This document shows positions 19,216 through 29,194 of a stretch of 64,000 bases of DNA, piece after piece. Both the position numbers and the translations under genes were made by a program. The DNA is from an uncultured Gammaproteobacteria bacterium (GTDB lineage Bacteria > Patescibacteriota > Microgenomatia > Levybacterales > GWA1-39-11). Every line of letters begins with the position of its first letter. The stretch's first letter is position 1. The notes below the pieces were generated by a model, which did no database searches, was not told the DNA's origin, and saw only the letters and a list, made by a program, of their open reading frames with translations. The stretch covers positions 459,060-523,059 of the forward strand of contig CAYRKM010000001.1 of assembly GCA_964425075.1 (NCBI GenBank), given 5' to 3'.

Positions 19216-19824
19216 ATGGCAAAGAATAAATCTTCAAAAAATAAAATAATTATTGCAGCAGCAGCTGTTATCCTTCTTGGAATAGTTGCTTTTTTCCTTT
19301 TAAGTAGGAACAAAATGGTTAATTTGAGTCCGTCAGGATCGGATAACGCATTTACTTCAATTCAGGATGCTCTTTCTAAATCAATTAGCCTTGAATGTGA
19401 ATTTACAGATGAAAGTGGGCGAATTACTAAGTCGTACATTAAAAATGGCGCAGTTAGGGCAGATTTTACCTCTCAAAATGCTGAAGAGTCTGGAAGCGTT
19501 ATTATGAAAGACAAAAAAATGTACTTTTGGAATTCCAAAGGGGGATACACAATGGAGCTACCGGATGATGTAAAAACAGATACTACTACGGGCGAAACTG
19601 AGTCTCAAGGATCTGATATTTTGAAGGCAATGGAGGAATTTAAGGATAAATGTAAACCTGCAGTTGTTTCAGATAGTCTCTTTACACCCCCAACAGACGT
19701 TACTTTTACTGATATGTCAAAGTTAATACCTACTGGGGCTTCACAAAACGGTTCACAAACACCTCAAATGAGTCAGGAAGAGATACAAAAATACATGCAG
19801 CAATATCAGGACACCGCTCAGTAG
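19216..19824 (+). CDS. hypothetical secreted/membrane-anchored protein
   Basis: 202 aa with an N-terminal signal/TM segment. No known domain. Confidence 0.4.
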   Translation: MAKNKSSKNKIIIAAAAVILLGIVAFFLLSRNKMVNLSPSGSDNAFTSIQDALSKSISLECEFTDESGRITKSYIKNGAVRADFTSQNAEESGSVIMKDKKMYFWNSKGGYTMELPDDVKTDTTTGETESQGSDILKAMEEFKDKCKPAVVSDSLFTPPTDVTFTDMSKLIPTGASQNGSQTPQMSQEEIQKYMQQYQDTAQ

Positions 19825-19861
19825 TAATTGTCTATTCCTCAATTTGTGTTAGAATTCTCCT

Positions 19862-20299
19862 ATGGCAGGCAGAAAAAAGAAGTTGTCCTTCGCATTCTCC
19901 TATAAAAAGTCAATTCCGATTTTAAAATCAGTAATGCGTAAAATCCCCTTGGTTATATGGGGAGGGTTTGCCGTTTTTGGGATTTTTGTATTTGGATTGT
20001 TTGTAGCTTTTGCGGTAGAGGATGTACCCAAAGATGATTTAGCTTCAAAATTATCGGACAATAAAAGCGAACAATATCTCGATGTAATTAATTCGTATCA
20101 AGAGATATCGCGATTATATTATTATCAGCAGCAAGATATTGATATTATTGCAGATTATAATAACTGGCAGGATAATCCTGAGGAACTGTATGAGGCTCTA
20201 AGTAGCTACAAGCAAAAAAAGGATGAGATTTTGTTTCAGTTGGGAAGAATTTATGAATTAAGAAAAAAAGCAGGACTTAGTGCTTCAGAAATTCAATAA
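19862..20299 (+). CDS. hypothetical membrane protein
   Basis: 145 aa with one TM helix near the N-terminus. Confidence 0.35.
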   Translation: MAGRKKKLSFAFSYKKSIPILKSVMRKIPLVIWGGFAVFGIFVFGLFVAFAVEDVPKDDLASKLSDNKSEQYLDVINSYQEISRLYYYQQQDIDIIADYNNWQDNPEELYEALSSYKQKKDEILFQLGRIYELRKKAGLSASEIQ

Positions 20300-20752
20300 T
20301 CAAAAAACTTCAACTCGTGTTCCGACCCCAGACCAATTATAAAGCCATTCTGCATCATTAAGTGCCAGGTTTACACAGCCGTGTGAGGCTCGGTAGCCAA
20401 ATTTATTATGCCAATATGTTCCATGAATTGCATATGCTCCATAAAAATACATAACATTGGGAACATTTTTTATATAGTACGGTTCATATGGAGGATAACT
20501 TCCCTTCATGTCTTGAAGGGAAACCTTGCGCCTAATTTTAAAGCTTCCCTTAACGGTTGGTGTGTATCTCATACCGGTCGAAACTAAGAATTCTTTTTGA
20601 ATTTGACCTCCTTCCCAAGCGTAGAGACGTTGTTTGGTAGTATCAACCGTTATTAATTTATCAGCAGTTATGATACCCTCAGCGTAAGATTGAGCTGGAA
20701 AAAGAAGAAATATTGAAAGAATTATAATTGTAAGAAGTTTTTTCATGTTCAT
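20300..20752 (-). CDS. L,D-transpeptidase (YkuD domain)
   Basis: Signal peptide plus the catalytic motif HGTYWHNKFGYRASHGCVNL (His...SHGC). Confidence 0.75.
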   Translation of the reverse strand: MNMKKLLTIIILSIFLLFPAQSYAEGIITADKLITVDTTKQRLYAWEGGQIQKEFLVSTGMRYTPTVKGSFKIRRKVSLQDMKGSYPPYEPYYIKNVPNVMYFYGAYAIHGTYWHNKFGYRASHGCVNLALNDAEWLYNWSGVGTRVEVF

Positions 20753-20843
20753 ATATTTAGTATAGCAAAATATTTAACTTTGAGCGTAAAATTTGCAATG
20801 CAAAAGCTTTCTAAGGTAAAATGTAAAGTCAGATAGTCTGGCA

Positions 20844-21383
20844 GTGATGAATTTTTCAAACTATTCCATTAAGAAAGTTTTTTGGATATTGGGTGAGAGA
20901 ACAGCAATTCTAGCGGTTGTTGTTTTTTACCTTCTCGTACTTTCATTTCAAGGCTCAAAAAATGCTTATTCAAAAGAGGAGGAGCAATTTCTTCGTCAAA
21001 CACCAGTATATTCCTCAGCAGAAGAAACGAAAAATGATACTTTATCATCAGACATAACTACTCCAATTGAGATTTTCCTCGAAACAGAAAAAATTACCCC
21101 AACCCCTACTCCACTGGTAACACCTACTCCAATTTCAGCTTCGACAAGTAATGATGTATGGGAAAAATTGGCGTCTTGTGAATCAAAAGGGAATTGGAGT
21201 ATAGATACAGGAAATGGTTATTTTGGTGGACTTCAATTCTCACAAGGCGCATGGAATTCTGTAGGAGGAGAGGGTAAACCATCAGATTCCTCAAAAGATG
21301 AGCAAATAAAACGAGGGAAAATGCTTCAAGAAAAACGTGGTTGGGGTGTGTGGGGAGAATGTGCTAAAAAACTCGGTTTATAA
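20844..21383 (+). CDS. Rpf-like transglycosylase domain protein
   Basis: TM segment, PT-rich linker, and a C-terminal CESKGNW-x-DTGNGYFGGLQFSQGAWNSVGG transglycosylase-like domain. Confidence 0.7.
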   Translation: MMNFSNYSIKKVFWILGERTAILAVVVFYLLVLSFQGSKNAYSKEEEQFLRQTPVYSSAEETKNDTLSSDITTPIEIFLETEKITPTPTPLVTPTPISASTSNDVWEKLASCESKGNWSIDTGNGYFGGLQFSQGAWNSVGGEGKPSDSSKDEQIKRGKMLQEKRGWGVWGECAKKLGL

Positions 21384-21384
21384 T

Positions 21385-21466
21385 TTTATAATTTCAAACT
21401 TGTTTTAGGATGAAATCCGCAAACTTGTTTTATAATTGAACAATTTCAAACTTGTTTATAATACTA
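21385..21466. repeat. three tandem ~26-bp direct repeats (t)caaacttgttttataatt...
   Basis: caaacttgtttt(a)taat occurs three times with ~26-bp period, between convergent genes. Confidence 0.5.
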
Positions 21467-21763
21467 CTTTAATGTAGGTTTCTTTGTCACAAATCCTCTA
21501 TTTGTACCTTGGTTAGTGCCATTTGCCGCTTTATTTTTTGCATACGCTTCATTTTTTGATTTCAATTCTTCTTTTTTGCGTCTTTCCTCTTTCATTTTTT
21601 TGTCAAAGGCATCCTGACATTCTTGATTAGTGCACGCAATTTGTGAAAAGGTAAGCTTTGATGTGCCACCATCAAAAGTCTTTAGGGTTTCAACCCAAGT
21701 TTTAGTAATTTTTTGCGGATTTCCGCATCGTGGACAGAGATCTGTTGTAGTAGCTTTCTTCAT
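21464..21763 (-). CDS. hypothetical zinc-ribbon protein
   Basis: 99 aa. CPRCG...C-x4-C motif plus a Lys/Glu-rich tail. Confidence 0.35.
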   Translation of the reverse strand: MKKATTTDLCPRCGNPQKITKTWVETLKTFDGGTSKLTFSQIACTNQECQDAFDKKMKEERRKKEELKSKNEAYAKNKAANGTNQGTNRGFVTKKPTLK

Positions 21764-21866
21764 GGGTAGGTTACCGTTTGGAGTAAAATTATTGGGAGCT
21801 CAATACTCAAACTTAAGTTATTATAGCACAAATGAGGTTAAAATGGAAGGATTTGAGGTGAATAGC

Positions 21867-22907
21867 TTAGGAATCCTTCTCAAGTAATTTTATAAGTGCA
21901 TATTCTTCCCAAGTTAATCCTTTTTTGGCAGATTTCTTTCCATCCAACATCGAAAAGTGTGGAATAAGGATCTTTTTAGAATAGGAATTAAAAACTGTAG
22001 GGTGAATATAATAACTTCTACAAACAGCAACGGTATTTCCAAGATGCTCAGAAACTGTCTTGCAGGTTTCCGTTAAGATTTTTTTCAATTGAGTCTTATT
22101 TTCAAAAGGACCCGTATGATAAAGGTGAACTGAGGCAATATTGGTTCCACCCCAAGTTCTAAAGTCTTTTGCAGTAAAATCATCATCTGCGATTTCCTTA
22201 AGGAAATCATTTACGTCGCTTGAATCAACTACATGACGCTCACCCTTATCGTCTACATATTGGAATAATTCAAATCCGGGAAGCTCAATGCATTTTTTTA
22301 TGGTTCTAGCAATTATTGGGTGAGAAATTTCAAGTTCATGATCTACTCCGCTTTTACCTCGAAAAGAAAATTTTACATCACTTCCTCTCACCTTAACATG
22401 CCGATTGCGTAGTGTTGTTAGGCCAAATGAATTGTTTTCCTTTGAATATTCTTCGTTACCAATTCGAATAAAAGTGTGTTCAAGAAGCCAGACAATGGTT
22501 GATAAAATTTTCCTTTTATCCATACCTGACAGTTTCATATTGTATCTAACTCTATTTCTAATATTTGGTAGTGCCTCACCAAAATCTATCATTTTGGAGA
22601 ATTTATTTTCCTGAGAAGTTTTTATCCAATCTGGGTGATAAATATATTGCTTGCGCCCCTTTTCATCTATTCCGGTTGCTTGAATATGCCCATTTTTTTT
22701 AGGGGAAATCCATACTTTTTCCCATGCAGGAGGAATTACAAGTGACTTTATCCGTTCGAGTTTTTCCGCATCTTTTATCCTTTCACCTTTTGTGTTGTAG
22801 TAATAAAATGAGTTTCTGACTTTTTGCCTGAACCAGCCTGGTGAAGTGTCGGTAACATAGACAAGTCCTTCTTCCTCAACTTTTTCCTGAACTTCTGATA
22901 AATTCAT
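21867..22907 (-). CDS. type IB DNA topoisomerase (poxvirus/eukaryote-like bacterial TopIB)
   Basis: 346 aa. N-terminal FYYYN-KG-I domain, catalytic core with GRKQYIYH, and a C-terminal S-x-x-Y tyrosine motif (CRSYYIHP). Confidence 0.7.
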   Translation of the reverse strand: MNLSEVQEKVEEEGLVYVTDTSPGWFRQKVRNSFYYYNTKGERIKDAEKLERIKSLVIPPAWEKVWISPKKNGHIQATGIDEKGRKQYIYHPDWIKTSQENKFSKMIDFGEALPNIRNRVRYNMKLSGMDKRKILSTIVWLLEHTFIRIGNEEYSKENNSFGLTTLRNRHVKVRGSDVKFSFRGKSGVDHELEISHPIIARTIKKCIELPGFELFQYVDDKGERHVVDSSDVNDFLKEIADDDFTAKDFRTWGGTNIASVHLYHTGPFENKTQLKKILTETCKTVSEHLGNTVAVCRSYYIHPTVFNSYSKKILIPHFSMLDGKKSAKKGLTWEEYALIKLLEKDS

Positions 22908-22955
22908 GTGGATTTAGCGTACATCAAATTAAAATTGGGTACAAGGTTTGAAAGA

Positions 22956-23297
22956 TTAACTTGAGTTTTTGTGTTTTTTGCCCCAGGATTCCATATCAAG
23001 AAGAATTGGGATCAAAGTTTTGCCATGTTTGGTAATAGAGTATTCAACCTTTGGTGGTATGACAGGATAAACTTTTCTTGTAATAACCCTATCGTTTTCA
23101 AGCTCCCGTAATTGCTGAGTAAGCATTTTTTGGGTAATTCCTTCAATTTGATGGTTAAGCTCTGAAAATCTCATAACTTTATTTTTTTGCAATAAATAAA
23201 GAATGAGAGGTTTCCATTTGCCACCCATAACATCCAACGTCACTTTGATTGTTGAGCATTCAAGACTGTATTTTTGTGTTTTTAAAATATTATTCAT
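22956..23297 (-). CDS. HxlR-family winged-helix transcriptional regulator
   Basis: C-x-LD-MGGKWK-LIL...FSEL...ITQKMLTQQLRELE...R-VYP-PPKVEYS-T is the diagnostic HxlR signature. Confidence 0.85.
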   Translation of the reverse strand: MNNILKTQKYSLECSTIKVTLDVMGGKWKPLILYLLQKNKVMRFSELNHQIEGITQKMLTQQLRELENDRVITRKVYPVIPPKVEYSITKHGKTLIPILLDMESWGKKHKNSS

Positions 23298-23375
23298 AGT
23301 TACTTTACAGTAAGTACTATACTTTATAGTATGTACTTGTACTAAATAAACTTAGTATGTATAGTATACCATATT

Positions 23376-23981
23376 ATGGATTATACAAAGCTTGCAACTG
23401 ACCAAAGTTTGGAAAAAACCAAAACTTCCCTTGAGGCAAATGGTTTCAAAGTTTTGATAGCAAAAGACAAGAAAGAGGTTCGAGAACTTGTTTTAAGCCT
23501 TATTCCTGAAGGCTCAAGTATTATGGACAATACCTCAAAAACGCTTGAGGCAATTGGGATAAAAGACATTATCCAGAATTCAGGAAAATATAACTCAATT
23601 CATAAAAAAGTACTTTCAATGTATAGAGAAATTGAAGGCAAGCGTATAAAAGAGCTTAGAAGCGTTATGGATTTTGTAATAGGAAGTTTTCATGCAGTAA
23701 CTGAGGACGGGCATATCATGATGGCTTCAGGATCCGGGAGCCAAATCCCGGGATACGCATATGGGGCAAGTAATGTTATTTTTATTGCCGGAACTCACAA
23801 AATTGTTAAAGATATTGAATCTGGAATGAAGAGAATTTATCAGCATTCTCAGCCTCTTGAAAATGAGCGCATGTTGGAGCTTCATGGCGTACCAAGCAAT
23901 CCAAGAAGGATACTTATAATTAATTCAGAATCCGCACCCCGCACTACAGTTATCTTCGTTAAGGAAGCACTAGGCTTCTAG
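23376..23981 (+). CDS. LUD (lactate-utilisation, DUF162) domain protein
   Basis: 201 aa. Resemblance to LutC/YkgG-type LUD domain proteins, judged by eye. Confidence 0.4.
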   Translation: MDYTKLATDQSLEKTKTSLEANGFKVLIAKDKKEVRELVLSLIPEGSSIMDNTSKTLEAIGIKDIIQNSGKYNSIHKKVLSMYREIEGKRIKELRSVMDFVIGSFHAVTEDGHIMMASGSGSQIPGYAYGASNVIFIAGTHKIVKDIESGMKRIYQHSQPLENERMLELHGVPSNPRRILIINSESAPRTTVIFVKEALGF

Positions 23982-24061
23982 GGTTTTAAGAATTTCCTCA
24001 TTGCGCTTAAACAACTTCGATAATATAGCTTAGCTCAGCAGTTTGTGTTAAAATTCGCCTC

Positions 24062-24376
24062 ATGGTAACAAAACTTGAAGTGTCACCTGAAGGAAAAGAT
24101 AGATGGATAGGATTTGGAGAAGTTGCGCCTGATAATGATGATTTTATTGAAGACCGTTCTGCTGGTAGTCCGAGACTTATTATTTTTAGTTGTGCAGAAG
24201 AGAATCATCAAAGCTCAATTTCTCAGGTACCTATTGGGCCCCACGGAATTATTGATATGCGTAAAGAGCAAGTATTAATGCCAGATCTTAAAAGTGGGGA
24301 TTCGCCCTTTGAAGTAAATGGAGTTAAACTGGAACAATTCCCCTTCTTAGTCAATTTAAGAGCAACCCACATTTAA
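24062..24376 (+). CDS. hypothetical protein
   Basis: 104-aa ORF upstream of the methyltransferase. No recognisable motif. Confidence 0.3.
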   Translation: MVTKLEVSPEGKDRWIGFGEVAPDNDDFIEDRSAGSPRLIIFSCAEENHQSSISQVPIGPHGIIDMRKEQVLMPDLKSGDSPFEVNGVKLEQFPFLVNLRATHI

Positions 24377-24415
24377 TTTCAGCCTCAAAAACCCATATAA
24401 TTAAGTGAAGCTTTT

Positions 24416-25270
24416 GTGTTATTATTGTATAACCTCATGAAGACTTACTACCTCAATAATGGATTTGCTTTATATCATGGTGACTCTATTTCAGTAATGA
24501 ATAATTTCCCCGAAAACCATTTTGATATGGTTTTTGCTGATCCTCCTTACAATCTTTCAAATGGTGGTTTCACCGTGCATGCCGGAAAAAGAGTAAGCGT
24601 CAATAAGGGTGAGTGGGATGAAAGTAAGGGTTTTGAGTTTGATTTAAACTTTCATCTTGCCTGGATAGAGGCTGTAAGGAGAATTTTAAAACCTCATGGT
24701 ACTCTTTGGATTTCTGGGACTTATCATTCTATATATCAATGCGGATATGCTCTTCAGAAACTTGGATACCATGTTTTAAATGATATTTCATGGTTCAAAC
24801 CAAATGCTTCCCCCAATCTTTCAGGAAGATATTTCACAGCAAGCCACGAGTCTCTTATCTGGGCGAGAAAAGATAAAAAATCCAAACACACTTTCAACTA
24901 CCAAGAAATGAAAAATGGTGCGTGGCATTTGAATGATTTTATAAAACGTGAAGGAAAGCAAATGCGCTCCGTTTGGTCAATAGGGACTCCAAGGGCCGAA
25001 GAGAAAAAATTTGGCAAGCACCCAACCCAAAAGCCCATTAGCCTTCTCGATCGAATAATTATTGCTAGTACAAATGTCGGAGACGTTATACTAGATCCTT
25101 TTACCGGAAGTTCAACAACTGGAATTTCAGCAGTAAAGCATGGAAGAAAGTTTATAGGAATTGATACGGAGGAAGAATATCTAAAACTTTCGATAAAAAG
25201 ATTTGAGGATATGAAAATTACAAAGAATATATTAGAATACAAAAAAAGTGCACCTATAGCGCACGAATAG
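24416..25270 (+). CDS. DNA methyltransferase (N6-adenine or N4-cytosine, beta class)
   Basis: Motif IV DMVFADPPY precedes motif I (DPFTGSSTTG), which is the beta-class order of amino-MTases. Confidence 0.8.
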   Translation: MLLLYNLMKTYYLNNGFALYHGDSISVMNNFPENHFDMVFADPPYNLSNGGFTVHAGKRVSVNKGEWDESKGFEFDLNFHLAWIEAVRRILKPHGTLWISGTYHSIYQCGYALQKLGYHVLNDISWFKPNASPNLSGRYFTASHESLIWARKDKKSKHTFNYQEMKNGAWHLNDFIKREGKQMRSVWSIGTPRAEEKKFGKHPTQKPISLLDRIIIASTNVGDVILDPFTGSSTTGISAVKHGRKFIGIDTEEEYLKLSIKRFEDMKITKNILEYKKSAPIAHE

Positions 25271-25279
25271 AATTTATTT

Positions 25280-25807
25280 ATGATTACTAAAGGAAAAGGC
25301 GGGGGAAACACTCAAACAGGGCTACGGTTTGAGAAGCGTGTGAGTATTTTAACATTGCTAGCAAGCACAAAGGGATATAGGGTTGATGGAAATACTATTT
25401 ATTATAATAGCGAGGAAGTAGCTAGAAGTTATGCAAAGAATTCCCTTTATGCCTTTTTGTCTTCAAAAGGCGTTGATTACTCAAAAATAATTTCCAAAAA
25501 GTTACTTCCTGATGAAGCAATTTATGTCATTGTAAACAATACGCTTTTTGTTATCGAAATGAAATTCCAGGAAGTTGCAGGCTCTGTGGATGAGAAACTT
25601 CAAACTTGTGATTTCAAGAAAAAACAATATCAAAAGCTTATGGCTCCTTTAAATATAAACGTACATTATATTTACATTTTGAGTCGATGGTTTGAGAAAC
25701 CTGAGTACAAAGATGTCTTGGATTATGTAGTATCATCAGGGTGTCAATATTACTTTGAGTATCTACCACTTTACCAGATAGGCCTTCCAGTTCCAGAGGA
25801 ATTATAA
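25280..25807 (+). CDS. putative type II restriction endonuclease (PD-(D/E)xK candidate)
   Basis: 175-aa ORF starting 10 nt after the MTase. PDEAIYVIVNNTLFVIEMKF fits a PD...(D/E)xK pattern. No further homology recognisable. Confidence 0.4.
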   Translation: MITKGKGGGNTQTGLRFEKRVSILTLLASTKGYRVDGNTIYYNSEEVARSYAKNSLYAFLSSKGVDYSKIISKKLLPDEAIYVIVNNTLFVIEMKFQEVAGSVDEKLQTCDFKKKQYQKLMAPLNINVHYIYILSRWFEKPEYKDVLDYVVSSGCQYYFEYLPLYQIGLPVPEEL

Positions 25808-26253
25808 TTTAGTGATTTCCGCTAGATATTGAAATTAATAATTTTAGTTCGAATAGTCCAAAATACTTTTTATTAATCTTACAAAATTATTACTTCAATA
25901 AAAGGCTGAATAATGTCTTGTTTCAATAATTCTTTTTTGATATATTCTTGCAATGGAATTAAATCCAAACATGCATGGTGGCTTTGAAGAACATGTCGGC
26001 CCTACTTCTGATTCTTCAAGGCTGTATCCGGGTGTACCATTTAGATTGATGTGTGAAGTCCGTCGTGTGGTAGAAACAACAGAACTAGAAGCCACGAGAC
26101 TTTATCGTGAGCCATTTGGATCTGGTCCAAATTTTGGTTTTGACTTAACTTTTCATACTCAAGTAGAAAGCTGAATGCTTGACTCTATTTAACCCCAGTA
26201 GTACACTGTCTTTCCCCGAAGATAGTAATAAATTGCGTTAACGGGGCAGGCCC

Positions 26254-27405
26254 ATGAATACTATTATTTGCCGTCACTGCGGAAAAGAAATTGAAATCAC
26301 AGAAGCACTCTTGCATCAAGTTAAATCAGAAGTTGAAAAATCTGTGCTAGAAAAACACAATAAGGATTTAGAAAAGGTAAGACTTGAGGCAATAGAGAAT
26401 GCAAAAAGGGAAATTGATGAAAAACAAAGCCTAGAACTCTCCGATCTTAAGAAACAGCTTTTGGAAAAAGAAGAAAAAGTCAAAGAATTTCGAGAACAGG
26501 AACTAAAACTTCGTGAGGAAAAAAGAACAATTGAGGAAGAGAAAAAGCAGATGCAAATAGATATTCAGAGAAAATTGGACGAAGAGCGCAAGGGAATGGA
26601 AGAAAAAATTGCAAAAGAAGAGGAAGAGCGTTATCGAATGAAGGAAAAGGAGAAGGATATGATGATCGAGAATCTTCGAAAGTCATTGGATGAGGCCAAT
26701 AGGAAAGCATCGGGCGTAAGCCAGCAAGTACAGGGTGAAGTTCTGGAGATTGACCTAGAGGAGCAGCTCTTAAAGGCATTTCCTACAGACATAATTGAAC
26801 CAATTGCTAAAGGTGTAAAAGGGGGAGATATTTTGCAGACAGTTAGAAATTCTCAGGGAAAAGTTGCAGGATTGATTCTTTGGGAAACAAAGAGAGCAAA
26901 GTGGACTCCCTCCTGGATAGAAAAACTTCGAGAGGACACGAGAAAAGTCGGGGCAACCTCTTCAATCCTTGTCAGTGAAGAGCTTCCTAAAGGAATTAAG
27001 AACTTTGGTTTTTATGAAAGCGTTTTGATTACTTCCTATGTATATGTGCTTTCACTTGCAATACTTGTGAGACGTGGAATTATGCAAACAGCTGCCGCAA
27101 AATATGCAGCTGAAAATAAAGAGGAAAAACTTGAAATGGTATATCAATATCTCCAAAGCGATGCTTTTCGTCATAGAATTGAGGGATATGTTGAAAGCAT
27201 TTCAGGTATGAAGCAGGATTTGGATTATGAAAAAAGGGCAATGGAAAGGATATGGAAAAAAAGGGAAATGCAGATCTTAAAGGCTGAGAGTAGTTTGTCA
27301 AAATTGTCAGGAGAACTGGAAGGTCTTATGGGTGATTCATTTCCTACAATAAAAAATCTTTCTTTAGGTGATGGTAATGATGATGAAGAAATACCTTTGA
27401 ATTAA
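26254..27405 (+). CDS. coiled-coil protein with N-terminal CxxC zinc ribbon (DUF2130-like)
   Basis: 383 aa. N-terminal ICRHCGKEI, a long Glu/Lys-rich coiled coil, and a conserved C-terminal domain. Confidence 0.4.
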   Translation: MNTIICRHCGKEIEITEALLHQVKSEVEKSVLEKHNKDLEKVRLEAIENAKREIDEKQSLELSDLKKQLLEKEEKVKEFREQELKLREEKRTIEEEKKQMQIDIQRKLDEERKGMEEKIAKEEEERYRMKEKEKDMMIENLRKSLDEANRKASGVSQQVQGEVLEIDLEEQLLKAFPTDIIEPIAKGVKGGDILQTVRNSQGKVAGLILWETKRAKWTPSWIEKLREDTRKVGATSSILVSEELPKGIKNFGFYESVLITSYVYVLSLAILVRRGIMQTAAAKYAAENKEEKLEMVYQYLQSDAFRHRIEGYVESISGMKQDLDYEKRAMERIWKKREMQILKAESSLSKLSGELEGLMGDSFPTIKNLSLGDGNDDEEIPLN

Positions 27406-27469
27406 GGTTTTCTCTTGTTCTTTTGTCGATACAAAAGAACCAAAAAATCATGCCTATATATCCTTAGAG

Positions 27470-27630
27470 CAATCAATCCTCTCTCATTCACTGAAAGAAT
27501 CGGCAGTTCGTTTCACTCAGCCTTTACTTCTTTCCTGGCGTTCATTCGTTCGTCTCTCATGCACTGCGAATATAACGGCATGTAAATAATAAATAAGAGC
27601 TCTTTGTTTCAAATGTAAAAGAGCAACATC
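27470..27630. repeat. intergenic repeat family A, copy 2
   Basis: ctctcattcactgaaagaatcggcagttcgtttcactcagcc...ggcgttcattcgttcgtctctcatgcactgcgaatataacggcatg, homologous to the 8060..8185 copy. Confidence 0.5.
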
Positions 27631-27707
27631 AAAGATATAATTTCAACTGTAAAGATAGAACAACAAATTCCTTTGAAGAATATTTTAATTTGTGATACGG
27701 TATATAT

Positions 27708-28310
27708 ATGAAGCTTGCTGCCAAGCGCCGTCAATATTTTCGCTCTTTCGAAGCAAAATCTCTTCGTTCGCGTTCTTTTCTTACACAATTTGCTGATAAA
27801 CTCACTGAAGTTTGTGGCTCCACTACTTTTCTTATTATCCATATCCTTTGGTTTGGCACATGGATTTTTATTAATACAGGACACTTAAAGCAAATTTCTC
27901 CATTCGATCCTTTTCCATTTGGATTATTAACAATGGTTGTGTCTCTTGAGGCAATATTTTTAGCACTTTTTATTCTTGTTTCTCAGAATCGACAAGCATA
28001 CATTTCAACAATAAGAGACGAAGTTCATATGGGAGTTTCATTAATCTCGGAAGAGGAGATAACTAAAGTTTTGGAGATATTGGCAGAAGTAAGGAAAGAG
28101 GTAGGCATTAAAAAACCAGATCCCGAATTAGATAAGATGCTTGAAAGAATAGACACATCTTATTTAGAAAAAACTATAACAGAGCAACTAAGGCGCGCCA
28201 ACAAACCTCTCGTTGAGCAACTTCTAAAAGAGCTTTCTGAAACAGTTGTAGTGCATCCGGAAGTAGCAATTGGGAACATACACTCCTCAACTCCTGAATC
28301 AAATAAGTAA
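27708..28310 (+). CDS. DUF1003 family membrane protein
   Basis: Two TM helices with FDPFPFGLLTMVVSLEAIFLALFILVSQNRQ, matching the DUF1003 core. Confidence 0.6.
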   Translation: MKLAAKRRQYFRSFEAKSLRSRSFLTQFADKLTEVCGSTTFLIIHILWFGTWIFINTGHLKQISPFDPFPFGLLTMVVSLEAIFLALFILVSQNRQAYISTIRDEVHMGVSLISEEEITKVLEILAEVRKEVGIKKPDPELDKMLERIDTSYLEKTITEQLRRANKPLVEQLLKELSETVVVHPEVAIGNIHSSTPESNK

Positions 28311-28577
28311 TTCTGTTAGAATATCCCCATGGATATTTCCTGCAATTTCTCTTTTTGGGACTTATATAAAGCAGCATTCAAAAAAAATCCTTCTAAAAAA
28401 TTAAAAAAAGATTTTCAAAATCTTTCACAGATTGAAATTAATAAGCATGTTTTAATTTGGGCAAAGAAAGCCGGATGGCAAACAGAAGAAAGGATAGGAA
28501 GTGATAAGAAAATCTATCTAGCTTTTTTCCCATAACTATTTCTTGCAAATGAAATAACTGTGTGATATCTTTGGTAG

Positions 28578-28602
28578 ACCTGCTCAAGAGCAGGTTTTTT
28601 TT
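28578..28602 (+). terminator. intrinsic terminator hairpin
   Basis: gacctgctc-aag-gagcaggt followed by T8. Confidence 0.5.
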
Positions 28603-28618
28603 GTTAAAAAAAGAGATT

Positions 28619-28993
28619 ATGAAAAATTCGTTACCAGCAATTAAAAAAACACTTTTATTTTTATTACCAGCCATATTTTTCTTTGCACTAGGATGTTTTG
28701 CAATGTATATGGTACTGCGAGGAAAAGTTGCAACTCAGGGAGAGCTTACACAAAGAATTTTGACAAACTGCGTTGGTTCTCTTCAGGCGAGTGACCAGTT
28801 AAATAAAAGTTGTGTAGGTGCGTACAATACAGCGGCAACATGTGTAAGTAACTTTAATAAATGCAACATAAAAACAGAAAGTAAAAAGTTATCCGAGTAT
28901 AATTTGCAACGTCAGGAAGCTGAAAAGGCACTGCAAGGATACATTGTAGAAACAGGAAACATAATAAAAGACGCCAAGCAAATACTTCAGTAA
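28619..28993 (+). CDS. hypothetical membrane-anchored protein
   Basis: The ORF tracked from 28562 spans the upstream terminator. An internal ATG (MKNSLPAIKK...) with a TM helix is the more plausible start. Cys-rich soluble domain. Confidence 0.35.
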   Translation: MKNSLPAIKKTLLFLLPAIFFFALGCFAMYMVLRGKVATQGELTQRILTNCVGSLQASDQLNKSCVGAYNTAATCVSNFNKCNIKTESKKLSEYNLQRQEAEKALQGYIVETGNIIKDAKQILQ

Positions 28994-29194
28994 AAATTCG
29001 GATTTAATTAACCCGAATTTCCGGCTGGCTCCCTCAAGCAGCCGGAAACGGGCAAAAGTACTTCTCTTAAAATACTAAAACTAGTTTAGGACAATTAAAA
29101 ACATCTCGCTTGACACTTACGCATTTTTTTCCGGTCAAAATCCTGACATTGCATTACTTGATTTAAGGCTTACTTAGTTCTAGAATTACTTCAA

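Noticed and set aside
28329-28674. Overlapping small ORFs 28329..28535 (+) and 28438..28674 (-)
   Set aside because: Lys/Phe-rich low-complexity translations in an AT-rich spacer with no start context or domain. The region more likely holds the terminator at 28578 and the promoter of the downstream gene.
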